A stretch of DNA of 64,000 bases. Source: Macrostomum hystrix (taxonomy: Eukaryota > Animalia > Platyhelminthes). This document shows positions 13,266 to 23,916 of the stretch, piece by piece. The stretch spans positions 10,850,001 to 10,914,000 of the forward strand of contig CATNEN010000038.1 of assembly GCA_950097015.1 (NCBI GenBank). The letters are read 5' to 3'. The translations under genes and the position numbers were made by a program. The notes under the pieces are model-generated. The model was not told the origin of the DNA and did no database searches. It saw only the letters and a list, made by a program, of their open reading frames with translations. Positions within the stretch are counted from its first letter, which is position 1; each line of letters starts with the position of its first letter.

Positions 13266-13909
13266 ATTTCTAGTGCACCCATTCCCACCCGAGCCAGATT
13301 TTCTCCCACACTCCATCAAAACTCCTCGTCTCCTTCACGCATGGCAGTTTCAGCGTGCAGTCTGCATGGGACTCATTTATTTAACGGAATTCATTCAGCT
13401 AACATTGCTGCAGCGCTCAAACTCTGCTACTAAGGGCTGGGATCCAACATTATCCCCCCGTCCCTCATGAGTCTCTCTTATCTATAGTCCACGCCATGGT
13501 GCGCAGTAGGCTAGATTGATGAAGTGGGCGAGTGGCGGAGGGAGAGGGAGACATCGGATGGAAGCAATGCGAGTTGTTTTTTGGGGAGTGGATTTTCGGA
13601 GACTTGGCGAATCGAACGGCCAGACAAATCAGTTTACAAGCTGAGCACTCAAAGCACTCAAAGGACTTATGTAGGAATCACATTAGACTGCAGTAAAGAA
13701 ACTTCGAGGCTTCACTTTTTTATATCCCAATCAACATCACAACTTACAAGTGTTCTCTGTGCTCAAGGAGTGCTCAAGACGCAGGTCATTTTTATAACAA
13801 TTGACGTAATTGTCTTTGAACAATTTTAGATTTCGCATTTTATTTACAAGGTGTACAAAATGGGGAAAATGTACTAAAAATGTACGTATACAAATGAACA
13901 CAAAACTTA

Positions 13910-14100
13910 GAATCCGAACTGAAATATTCAGAATCCGAACTGAAATATTCAGAACCCAAACTGAAATATTCAGAATCCGAACTGAAATATTCAGAACCCG
14001 AACTGAAATATTCAGAACCCGAACTGAAATATTCAGAATCTGAACTGAAATATTCAGAACCCGAACTGAAATATTCAGAACCCAAACTGAAATATTCAGA
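13910..14100. repeat. 21-bp minisatellite (GAATCCGAACTGAAATATTCA)
   Basis: Direct tandem repetition. Confidence 0.93.
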
Positions 14101-14389
14101 ATCCCAATCGTGTAGAAACCAGGGTCTATCGTGGCTGTGGCAATGGGCAAATGGCATAGCTATTTATTACACACAGCAACTGAGTAGTGGCAATAAATGT
14201 GTCAGATCATACATACATGCAGTATATCAAGCAGGATAGCGATGGCGTGTTTGGAATAATATTATTGACCTCAAAAATAGCTTAGCTGGTTGAATTGATA
14301 AATCTTTCGTTATCCCTACTGAATAAATTATAAAGTAGAGTATAACTTTAACAATTGGTATGCAGCACTTTAGCCGTAAAGCAAGTCTC

Positions 14390-14625
14390 ATCTCTTATCA
14401 CCCACTCTCCCATCTCTTATCACCCACTCTCCCATCTCTTATCACCCACTCTCCCATAGATTATCACCCACTCTCCCATCTCTTATCACCCACTCTCCCA
14501 TAGATTATCACCCACTCTCCCATAGATTATCACCCACTCTCCCATAGATTATCACCCACTCTTCCATCTCTTATCACCCATTCTCCAGTCTCTTATCACC
14601 CATTCTCCCATCTCTTATCACCCAG
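14390..14625. repeat. 22-bp minisatellite (CTCTTATCACCCACTCTCCCAT)
   Basis: Direct tandem repetition. Confidence 0.93.
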
Positions 14626-15097
14626 GGACCGTCTTAGTTCTTTACAGGCTCGCATCTATGGTGAAATAGATAGATGCAAAATGTAACTGACAATAGTGCA
14701 TAAAGTTAGTTTTGGTGTGTTTTTACCAACTGTAGCGAATTTAATCTCGTGCTTAAACTGTAGCGCATAATAAGAAGTGTTAGTCTGGCTGGCTCCCAGA
14801 ACATCAGTATATACACGGCTCGGATAAACTGTAACTGTTCACATAAGACCAGATATATACAGAATATTGAATTCCAGTGCTACCGTGGGACCCGAAATTA
14901 TTGGATATGCAGTTCAGGCGGTGCATAGGCCTGATATCCGCATGGCAACAATACCAACTCAGTCATAGGATTATCGCATGATAAGTTTAACGAGAGTTCT
15001 GGCACTAAACTACTGACTAGTAGTACGAGCGTATTATAGATACTTTTTTGATCGGCTAAAAGGGCACAAAAACTTAATTTTGCTTAAATGATTCTCT

Positions 15098-16400
15098 TGG
15101 GTGTTACAGTGGGTCTGGGGTGTTACAGTGGGTCTGGGATGTTACAGTCGGTCTGGGATGTTACAGTGGGTCTGGGTTGTTACAGTCGGTCTGGGATGTT
15201 ACAGTGGGTCTGGGGTGTTACAGTGGGTCTGGGGTGTTACAGTGGGTCTGGGGTGTCACAGTGGGTCTGGGGTGTTACAGTGGGTCTGGGGTGTTACAGT
15301 GGGTCTGGGGTGTTACAGTGGGTCTGGGGTGTTACAGTGGGTCTGGGATGTTACAGTGGGTCTGGGGGTGTCACAATGGGTCTGGGGTGTTACAGTGGGT
15401 CTGGGTTGTTACAGTCGGTCTGGGATGTTACAGTGGGTCTGGGTTGTTACAGTCGGTCTGGGATGTTACAGTGGGTCTGGGGTGTCACAGTGGGTCTGGG
15501 GTGTTACAGTGGGTCTGGGGTGTCACAGTGGGTCTGGGGTGTTACAGTGGGTCTGGGGTGTTACAGTGGGTCTGGGATGTTACAGTGGGTCTGGGGTGTC
15601 ACAGTGGGTCTGGGTTGTTACAGTCGGTCTGGGATGTTACAGTGGGTCTGGGGTGTTACAGTGGGTCTGGGGTGTTTTCAGTGGGTCTGGGGTGTTACAG
15701 TGGGTCTGGGATGTTACAGTGGGTCTGGGGGTGTCACAATGGGTCTGGGGTGTTACAGTGGGTCTGGGGTGTCACAGTGGGTCTGGGGTGTTACAGTGGG
15801 TCTGGGATGTTACAGTGGGTCTGGGGTGTCACAGTGGGTCTGGGGTGTTACAGTGGGTCTGGGGTGTCACAGTGGGTCTGGGGTGTTACAGTGGGTCTGG
15901 GGTGTTACAGTAGGTCTGGGGTGTTACAGTGGGTCTGGGGTGTTACAGTGGGTCTGGGGAGTTCCAGTGGGTCTGGGGTGTTACAGTGGGTCTGGGGTGT
16001 TACAGTAGGTCTGGGGTGTTACAGCGGGTCTGGGGTGTTACAGTGGGTCTGGGGTGTTACAGTAGGTCTGGGGTGTTACAGTGGGTCTGGGGTGTTACAG
16101 TGGGTCTGGGGTGTTACAGTAGGTCTGGGGTGTTACAGCGGGTCTGGGGTGTTACAGTGGGTCTGGGGTGTTACAGTAGGTCTGGGGTGTTACAGTGGGT
16201 CTGGGGTGTTACAGTAGGTCTGGGGTGTTACAGCGGGTCTGGGGTGTTACAGTGGGTCTGGGGAGTTCCAGTAGGTCTGGGGTGTTACAATGGGTCTGGG
16301 GTGTTACAGTAGGTCTGGGGTGTTACAGTGGGTCTGGGTGTTACAGTAGGTCTGGGGTGTTACAGTGGGTCTGGGGTGTTACAGTGGGTCTGGGGTGATA
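15098..16400. repeat. 19-bp G-rich minisatellite (GTGTTACAGTGGGTCTGGG)
   Basis: Direct tandem repetition. It accounts for the overlapping repetitive ORFs. Confidence 0.97.
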
Positions 16401-16969
16401 CAATGGTTCTTCAGTTTAGCTCTAGAAACAAAGCAATTAAAACTGAAATTCTCTCGATTACAAAATTTAGTAAATTTAAGTAGGCCTATTTAGCAGAACA
16501 CAATTAATAATTTTTCATTGATTCATCTATTGTATTTTCTTTACTTAATCTGACACACGGGCAAAAAGCTAACAAAGCAAATATAAAAAGCTAAATATTC
16601 AATAATTGGTTATAACAAACAAACAAACAAACAAACAAAAATTTTGTTTAAAAACAAACAAATATGCTTTTCAAATTTTTTTTACAAAATATGGATAGAT
16701 TAGGAAAAATGAAGGAAAAATGTGGAATGTTACCATAACGAAGTTAAGCAAGTGGCACGCAAAGAGAACATTAAAATAGTTTATTAAACTGTAAGTTAAG
16801 GCATTATTGAAAGTGTAAAAGCAGAATCCTACTAATTCACAAAAAAGCAGAACTACTGATAGAAAAATCTTTACTTTTGAGCTTAATGTAAAAACCAAAA
16901 CGAAAAAAGCACAAAAAGACTATTATAAGTTTGTACCCTATTTAGGACTGCTCAATCAAGGAGGCCACT

Positions 16970-17495
16970 CATTGCCCAACTGTCACAGTAAACTTGGACA
17001 GAACATTACCCAACTGTCACAGTAAACTTGGACAGAACATTACCCAACTGTCACAGTAAACTTGGACAGAACATTGCCCAACTGTCACAGTAAACTTGGA
17101 CAGAACATTACCCAACTGTCACAGTAAACTTGGACAGAACATTACCCAACTGTCACAGTAAACTTGGACAGAACATTACCCAACTGTCACAGTAAACTTG
17201 GACAGAACATTACCCAAATGTCACAGCAAACTTGGACAGAACATTACCCAACTGTCACAGTAAACTTGGACAGAACATTACCCAAATGTCACAGCAAACT
17301 TAGACAGAACATTACCCAACTGTCACAGAAAGACCAAAGAACATTACCCAACTGTTGCCACAGAAAGACCAAAGAACATTACCCAACTGTTGCCACAGTT
17401 AGACCAAAGAACATTACCTAACTGTCATAGTAAAACCAAAGATCATTACCCAACTGTCATAGTAAAACCAAAGAACATTACCTAACTGTCACAGA
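16970..17495. repeat. 34-bp minisatellite (CATTACCCAACTGTCACAGTAAACTTGGACAGAA)
   Basis: Tandem repetition that degenerates rightward. Confidence 0.93.
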
Positions 17496-17575
17496 CCCCA
17501 CAAAGCCGATGTTAATTAACAAAGCATTTAAACAAACCGAGACTACGAGTAACTATTTAAACGTCTCAGCGCGCA

Positions 17576-19614
17576 CTACTCGCAGTCACTCGCTGAAGAA
17601 CTCGAAGCCCCATAATCAGTGGACAGTTTGCGATAACTTTTAGCATTAACAACAACTACAGTGTCGGAGTCCTGTTCGCAATGACCATTATCATTGGCTG
17701 TAGAAGTCGATGTTGAGGTGGCTGCTGTCGCCTGCAGGTGCAGGCAGCAGCCGCGGCCGCACGGGCAGCCGCATCGGCAGCAGTCGTCAAGCAGGCCGGA
17801 GTCTCGCAGCAGTTTGCAGGCCTGGGCGTCGGTTTCGCATCCGCCGCCGGCGAGCTGACGCGCCGCGTCCAGCAGAGACCTGGCGTCTAGCCGACGAATG
17901 GCGGGGTCCTGGATCAACGCCAGCCAGGGCCGGTCGGACAGGGCGTTGCGACACTCGGCAGCCAGCTCGGGACAGCGGAGACTGCCGGTGGCAATCTGGA
18001 GGAGGCGAACTCCGTTTGCGCGACGGAGAACCGGATCTCGCAGGGCCGACTGGGATTCAGTTTGGGGGGGGCAGTGGGTGGGTGCTGCAGCAATGGACAA
18101 AATTGATTAAACCTGCCCAATCGGGCCAGATGTGCAGCCGACAGCACAGCCGCAGCTATTGCACGGCGCATGTGAAAGCTGCGTACGTACGGCTGTTCAG
18201 TCCATGGACTGTGGACACGCCGGACTCACTCTAAGTTACCCCAGCTAAAGCTGGTACCCATTTAACAGCTGGGTGAACTGAAGCAATGCAGTGCTAAATG
18301 TCTTTCTATAGGACACAAATTGTAAGATGAAATATTAGAGCCGAAGGGTGTAGCATTGTAGCATTAAGCTTTGGGGTGTAATCCTCAGCAGGAGCAGCAG
18401 CAACAGCCTCACCTGAATGCACCTGACACACTTGGAGCGGACAGCGGGCACGTCATAGAATCTGGCTAAGCTAGCCAGTTCTGCTACGCAGAAAAGGTTA
18501 ACCCGAACACCGGAGCAGGGCTGCAGCAGTGATAGAAAGCTGTGTAGATCTCGCGGATGAGGCTGCGGTTCCGGCAGAGCCAGGCTCAACAATCTGGCAT
18601 CTCCCGGCGCGTCATCGGATGATTCAGCTGCAGCTGCAGCAGCCCTACTTTGAGATCGAAATGTAGCCGCGTCAATAAAGAATCGATGCCTAGACAAGTC
18701 TAGGCAGAGAAGGCGCTGCTGCTGCTGCTGCTGCTGATTAATGGGGCCATCAGGCGGAGGCGGCAACAGATGGCTAACTGAGCAGGCTGGCACACAGGGT
18801 ACGAGAGTTTCGCTAGCCGAACGCACGTGAAGAGTCAGGGAGAGCGGCAGGCAGGGCTCTGAGCAACGATCCGACCGATTGACCAGGCGGAGGCTGCAGT
18901 GGGAGCGCAGCTCCGGCCAGGCCACCAGCAGGCCGTGGTCTAGAGACGGCCTGTCAGTGCTGAGCGACTCTTCGCATTGAAGCACCTGTCAATTATGAAT
19001 GACAGGTAGACTGCTGTCAATGATGGGTGACAGGTAGAGTGCTGTCAATTATGAATGACAGGTAGACTGTTGTCAATGATAGGTGATAGGTAGACTGCTG
19101 TCAATGATAAATGACAGGTAGACTGCTGTCAATGATGAATGACAGGTAGACTGTTGTCAATGATAGGTGATAGGTAGACTGCTGTCAATGATGAATGACA
19201 GGTAGACTGTTGTCAATGATAGGTGATAGGTAGACTGCTGTCAATGATGAATGACAGGTAGACTGCTGTCAATGATAAATGACAGGCAGGGTGCTGTCAA
19301 AGATCCGGCAGCCGGCAGCTTACCAAGCAGCCAGCAAAGCGCAGGGCAATGTTGGCCCGCATGCTCCAGACTCGAGCCCGTCGCGGCCGCAGCTTCAGCC
19401 GGCAGCGAAGGCTGTTGCCAGAGCCAGTTTGAGATCGCCGCAGGGTCAAGCTGAAGGTGAAGAATCTGGCAAAAAGGGTCGGCGGCAGGTCCGGCAGTGT
19501 CAGCTCGCTGCCCGGATGTCTGGAGAGGCTCTCAAATGAGCGAAACCAGGGACAGAGGAATTCGCTCCTATGCGGATCGAAATCGTTGGCATGCTGTACA
19601 GGCGGTCGCCACTC
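17576..19614 (-). CDS. MATH-like/BTB-POZ/BACK-like protein. Exons 19614-19324, 18985-18413, 18049-17576. Start exon not located.
   Basis: Three GC-rich exons join in phase 0 through canonical GT-AG sites (~445 aa). BTB-like segment DLHSFLSLLQP..VNLFCVAELASLARFYDVPAVRSKC, followed by BACK-like helices. The N-terminal MATH call is weaker. Confidence 0.65.
18101..18322 (-). mobile_element. Family A SINE lacking the tRNA head, in a BTB-gene intron
   Basis: Matches the body of 1364-1657. Confidence 0.85.
18986..19290. repeat. 28-bp intronic minisatellite (TGTCAATGATGAATGACAGGTAGACTGC)
   Basis: Fills nearly the whole intron 18986-19323. Confidence 0.93.
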
Positions 19615-19789
19615 CTGGAATTCAGAGGAAATGTAGGGATTAAAGGACGCTTTGAAGGATCGCAACAAGGGGAGCAAAACCTTTTTAAGAGAGAGAAATT
19701 CCTAAAAATCCTGATTAAACTGGTTCAGAAATGGGATTCGAGTGGAATTAGAGAAAGGATCACTATGGTGATTAGGGATTGGATCGAAA

Positions 19790-20040
19790 ACTGGATTAGA
19801 ATTAGGTGGATCAGAATGGGGATTAGAGGGTGGATCAGAATGGGGATTAGAGGGTGGATCAGAATGGGGATTAGAGGGTGGATCAGAATGGGGATTAGAG
19901 GGTGGATCAGAATGGGGATTTGAAGGTGGATCAGAATGGGGATTAGAGGGTGGATCAGAATGGGGATTTGAAGGTGGATCAGAATGGGGATTAGAGGGTG
20001 GATCAGAATGGGGATTAGAGGGTGGATCAGAATTGGGATT
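19790..20040. repeat. 24-bp minisatellite (GGATCAGAATGGGGATTAGAGGGT)
   Basis: Direct tandem repetition. Confidence 0.93.
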
Positions 20041-20461
20041 ATAAAGCTGAATATATATAGGATGAGTACAGTCAATTGGGATCTTGGACTGACTTAGAAT
20101 GGGAATTACAATTTAAGCAGACTTGCGTTCAAAGGTGCAATGTATGATTGTAGATAAACTATCGAAAAGACAATCATTTTTCAATGCACAGCATTCTCAG
20201 AAGAAAACACATCATATTAAAGTATTGTTAATATACAACAATTTACAATTTATATTTACAAGCAAGAAAAAAATTTCTAGAAATTCAAATGAGAAAATTC
20301 GCTAAAAAATAACAAACTGCCAGTTGAATTCAGTTCGGAATAAGAAAGGATTGAGACTGCAGTTGCTCTGAACAATTTTAGTTATATAATACACACACAG
20401 GCAATCTACTTAAAGTAATTAGTGTCGAACATTAGCTAGATCAAACTATTCACAAAAGTTG

Positions 20462-20686
20462 TTATTGCTGTCGCTGCTGCTGCTGCTGTTGCTTGAGACT
20501 GGCTTCCTCTCTTGCCACAGCTTGCAAGACGCCAAATACAGTCGTTGGCGAGCACTGCAGCCGCAGCAGGCCTAATAGATTGCGCAACACGCGTGGATTC
20601 AAAGATGCGCCAGCCAGGTAAGCCAGGTGATATAGTGCCAACTCCTCTTGGGTTAACTGCTCGACACGAGTTGCCCTTGTATCCAT
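20462..20686 (-). CDS. MZT2: MOZART2/MZT2-like gamma-tubulin ring complex microprotein (74 aa)
   Basis: LTQEELALYHLAYLAGASLNPRVLRNLLGLLRLQCSPTTVFGVLQAV resembles, from memory, the MZT2 core (E.ELYELAQ.AG..IDP.VF..L.DLL.LNV.P..VFQML). There is a splice acceptor TTTTTGCAG about 50 nt upstream of the ATG. Confidence 0.75.
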   Translation of the reverse strand: MDTRATRVEQLTQEELALYHLAYLAGASLNPRVLRNLLGLLRLQCSPTTVFGVLQAVAREEASLKQQQQQQRQQ

Positions 20687-22056
20687 AGAGCTATAGCTTT
20701 TTAGTTGGCTTCTTTTTTAGTTAACTAAAACAGGCTGCAAAAATGTGAGTACTTATTAGATAGGTCATACTCTCTGAACATGTCAACAGGTGGTCTGAAT
20801 ATGTCTAAAAACCAAAAACAATTTCAAACAAATAAATTAGGTAGGCCTATAAACAAAAGTCTCAATTAAGAGCTGGTTTTTAGCAAAATGGATCTATCTT
20901 GACTTATTGATAGCAATAGCCAAAAAATCAAAATGCTTTAGCTGAAAATAACTAAATAAAAAAGACATTTTAAGTAATTTAAGCATTAACTAATTTAATA
21001 CCAATAGGACTGCTGATAACCTACCTATAGGCCCTACTAACTAGAAAAGAATATATAATCTAATTAGAGTTGTTCTTTACCTCACAAAAATTATTTTTTT
21101 AAATTAGCTATTGGATAGAATTGAATTCCTTGCTTACAAAATAGTTAATCTAGCTAACTTTGCCGGCTATATAGCCTGCCAAGCACTTAAATATACACAT
21201 TAAAGATAGGTGAATGGATAGGAAGAGTAATTGGATTATTTAAATTCAAATCAAATTAACAAACTATTAGGATTGAACTGGAATAGGTAAAATGTAAACC
21301 AAATATTAAATATTTCAAGGAACAGCAAAAATGTACAAGAAATTATTTCTGTATAGTACATTAGCACTAAATTTTTATTGCAAATAATCAAAGAAAAGAT
21401 CTTGTAAACTACTTATTTTTCATCCAAAATTTCATATATTTCTGGTTTCATAAAACCTAGGTCTAGCTAGCACACTACAAACAGACTTTTACTGAACTTA
21501 CAACAAAATAAGTAAAACCTAGTCCCTAGCAAAATAAGCAAACTGGCATATGAGGATTTAGCAAATTCCTTAGAAATTAGTCTCTTCTCTGCTAAGCTGT
21601 AGACTATAGCAGGGGCAGGAAGAAGTCTCTGTTAAAATTGCAGTACAAAGTAGGCCTACCTTGCTTTCAATATTTTCTTTTTTAAACTACAAATTACTCC
21701 TAAAAATCTACTTCTGTACCTGCCTACAGGCTACTACAGTTCCCCCTCATCCCAATGGTCCATAAGCTGTGCCTATAAGGACGAGTACTATGTACTAAAT
21801 ACCACTATATTTAAAGCGGGAGGGAGAGGACGCTTGTTCGATAATATTCGAAGAAAATAAAGAATTCATTAACAGAACCTAACAAAAGTAATTCTTCATA
21901 ACTAAGAAAAAAATTAATTCCGAAAGAAATTAAATTAAATTGCAGTTGTATGAAAACTTCACGAGATTGCGAAAAAAAAATATGTTTAATTTGTTAAACA
22001 TTTTTTCTTTCTCAGAAGGGAGGCATTTAAAAAAAAACAATTTAGAGACTTTGACA

Positions 22057-22501
22057 CAGTGGCGTATCTAGGGGGATACGGGGATATATCCCCCCATTTC
22101 GCCGACCGAAGAGTGTCACCAACCCACGAAAAGTCGAAGACGAACGTTATGGCGGAATGTCATAGTCGTAATGTCGTTATTCGGCACAATGATGTTCTGA
22201 ATCTGAATCTGAACTATCTCTGTCTCGTCTCGTCTGCGTCTCGCCGTCTCGTCTCTCGCCTCGACTCTGACGTGAGTCATGACAGTGACGTCTCTGATGA
22301 CTCTGATTCTGAGTCTCTGACTCTGACTCTCTGACTCTCGAAATGTATAACAAAGTAATCAAAAAGGTAGCGAAATCGTTATCTGCAAATGGACTACAAA
22401 AGGTTATTTCAGTTTTTTTAGCAGCAGCATGCGACTCATTTTCTCTGATAGTTGAAACAGCAAATTTATCCCCCCATTTTAAAATCCTAGATACGCCACT
22501 G
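22057..22501. mobile_element. hAT-type MITE
   Basis: TIRs CAGTGGCGTATCTAGG / CCTAGATACGCCACTG, with a perfect 8-bp TSD CTTTGACA (22049-22056, 22502-22509). Confidence 0.92.
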
Positions 22502-23282
22502 CTTTGACATGTCTATACTTCCAGTACCAGAACCAGTACCACAAGAAGGTAAGCTGTGCGGGAATGATTTATTAGCGCATTAGTTTTTTTATTGCATCAG
22601 GAGACTTTTGAAGCGTTTGAAACTACCTTTGAGTCTCACTGTAGATACATTTTTATGGCAGCGAGATCCGAAAGAATTAAGATCAGCGATTAACAATTGG
22701 GAAACTGAGCCCGTGGACGAAGAATATTCGCTCTACAACGACGATGAAATAAATAACGATAAGGAAGAGCAGGACGAAAGTTCTCGATTTGCTTCTCTGC
22801 GCGAAAGCTCTCCGTACATTTTTCTTTTCAAGTCCCGACAGGCAAGTATTGATGCAACCGACGAGCCAGCCGGGCCACTTAAAAGCTATTACTCACCAAA
22901 ACTGCTGGTTTACTTGCTGAAGCACTGCAGGTGTAGTTTAGCTCCATTGTTCTGCCATTTCATCGGGAGTATCAAGAGCTTCAGAAATAATAAGCTTCAG
23001 AAAGAATAAAAGTTGGTTTTCAAACTCTTATGTGAAATCGTACTTTTCAGACGTTAAATCCCGAAAAACAAGGTTCGGCAAGGCTTCCAGGGTGAACGCG
23101 TCGAGTTTTATTTGCGGACGGTTAAAATAAAAACTAGATTAACAGCTTTCGACATAATAAACAAAGTAGGAAAAGCAACGTTATCTGGAAGGAATTAGAG
23201 AAAGCACGAAGATATTTGGCGAAGGGCCGAGCGGGTTAGTCGTTCAAAGTACAAGCGACAGAGAACAGAATCAGCGACAAAG

Positions 23283-23597
23283 AATAATAATAATTTAAAT
23301 TAATTGATTACACCTGCCCCAATTGGGTCAGATGTGCAGCCGACAGCACTGCCGCAGCTAATGCGCGGCGCATCTGAAGGCTGCGTACGGCTGTTCAGTC
23401 CATGGACTGGAGGGACGCCACACCCACCTTAAATTATCCCAGCTGATGTTGGTACCCATTTAACAGCTGGGTGAACTGAAGCAATGCAGAGTTAGGTGTC
23501 TTGCTAAAGGACACAAATTGTTTCAGTGGAGTCGGGAATCGAACCCCTGACCTTCAAATCGTGAGTCCGACGCTCTAACCACTAGGCTACAACCTCT
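23283..23597 (-). mobile_element. Family A SINE (full length)
   Basis: A/B boxes, CORE-like body and AT-rich tail. Confidence 0.88.
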
Positions 23598-23605
23598 TCA
23601 ATAGA

Positions 23606-23916
23606 AATAATTAATAATAATAATTGATTACACCTGCCCTAATCGGGTCAGATGTGCAGCCGACAGCACAGCCGCAGCTATTGCGCGGCGCATCTGAAGG
23701 CTGCGTACGGCTGTTCAGTCCATGGACTGGGGGGACGCCACACCCACCTTCAATTATCCCAGCTGATGCTGGTACCCATTTAACAGCTGGGTGAACTGAA
23801 GCAATGCAGAGTTAAGTGTCTTGCTAAAGGACACAAATTGTTTAAGTGGAGACAGAATTGAACCCCCGACCTTCAAGTCGTGAGTCCGACGTCCTAACCA
23901 CTAGGCTACAACCTCT
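23606..23916 (-). mobile_element. Family A SINE (full length), in tandem with the previous copy
   Basis: Same sequence. CAATAGAAA occurs on both sides (possible TSD). Confidence 0.88.

Noticed and set aside
15088-16398. Gly/Val/Trp/Cys-rich ORFs
   Set aside because: Translations of a 19-bp satellite in all three frames.
23525-23597. tRNA-Val(CAC)-like sequence
   Set aside because: It is the SINE head. There is no proper acceptor stem and it is fused to the SINE body.
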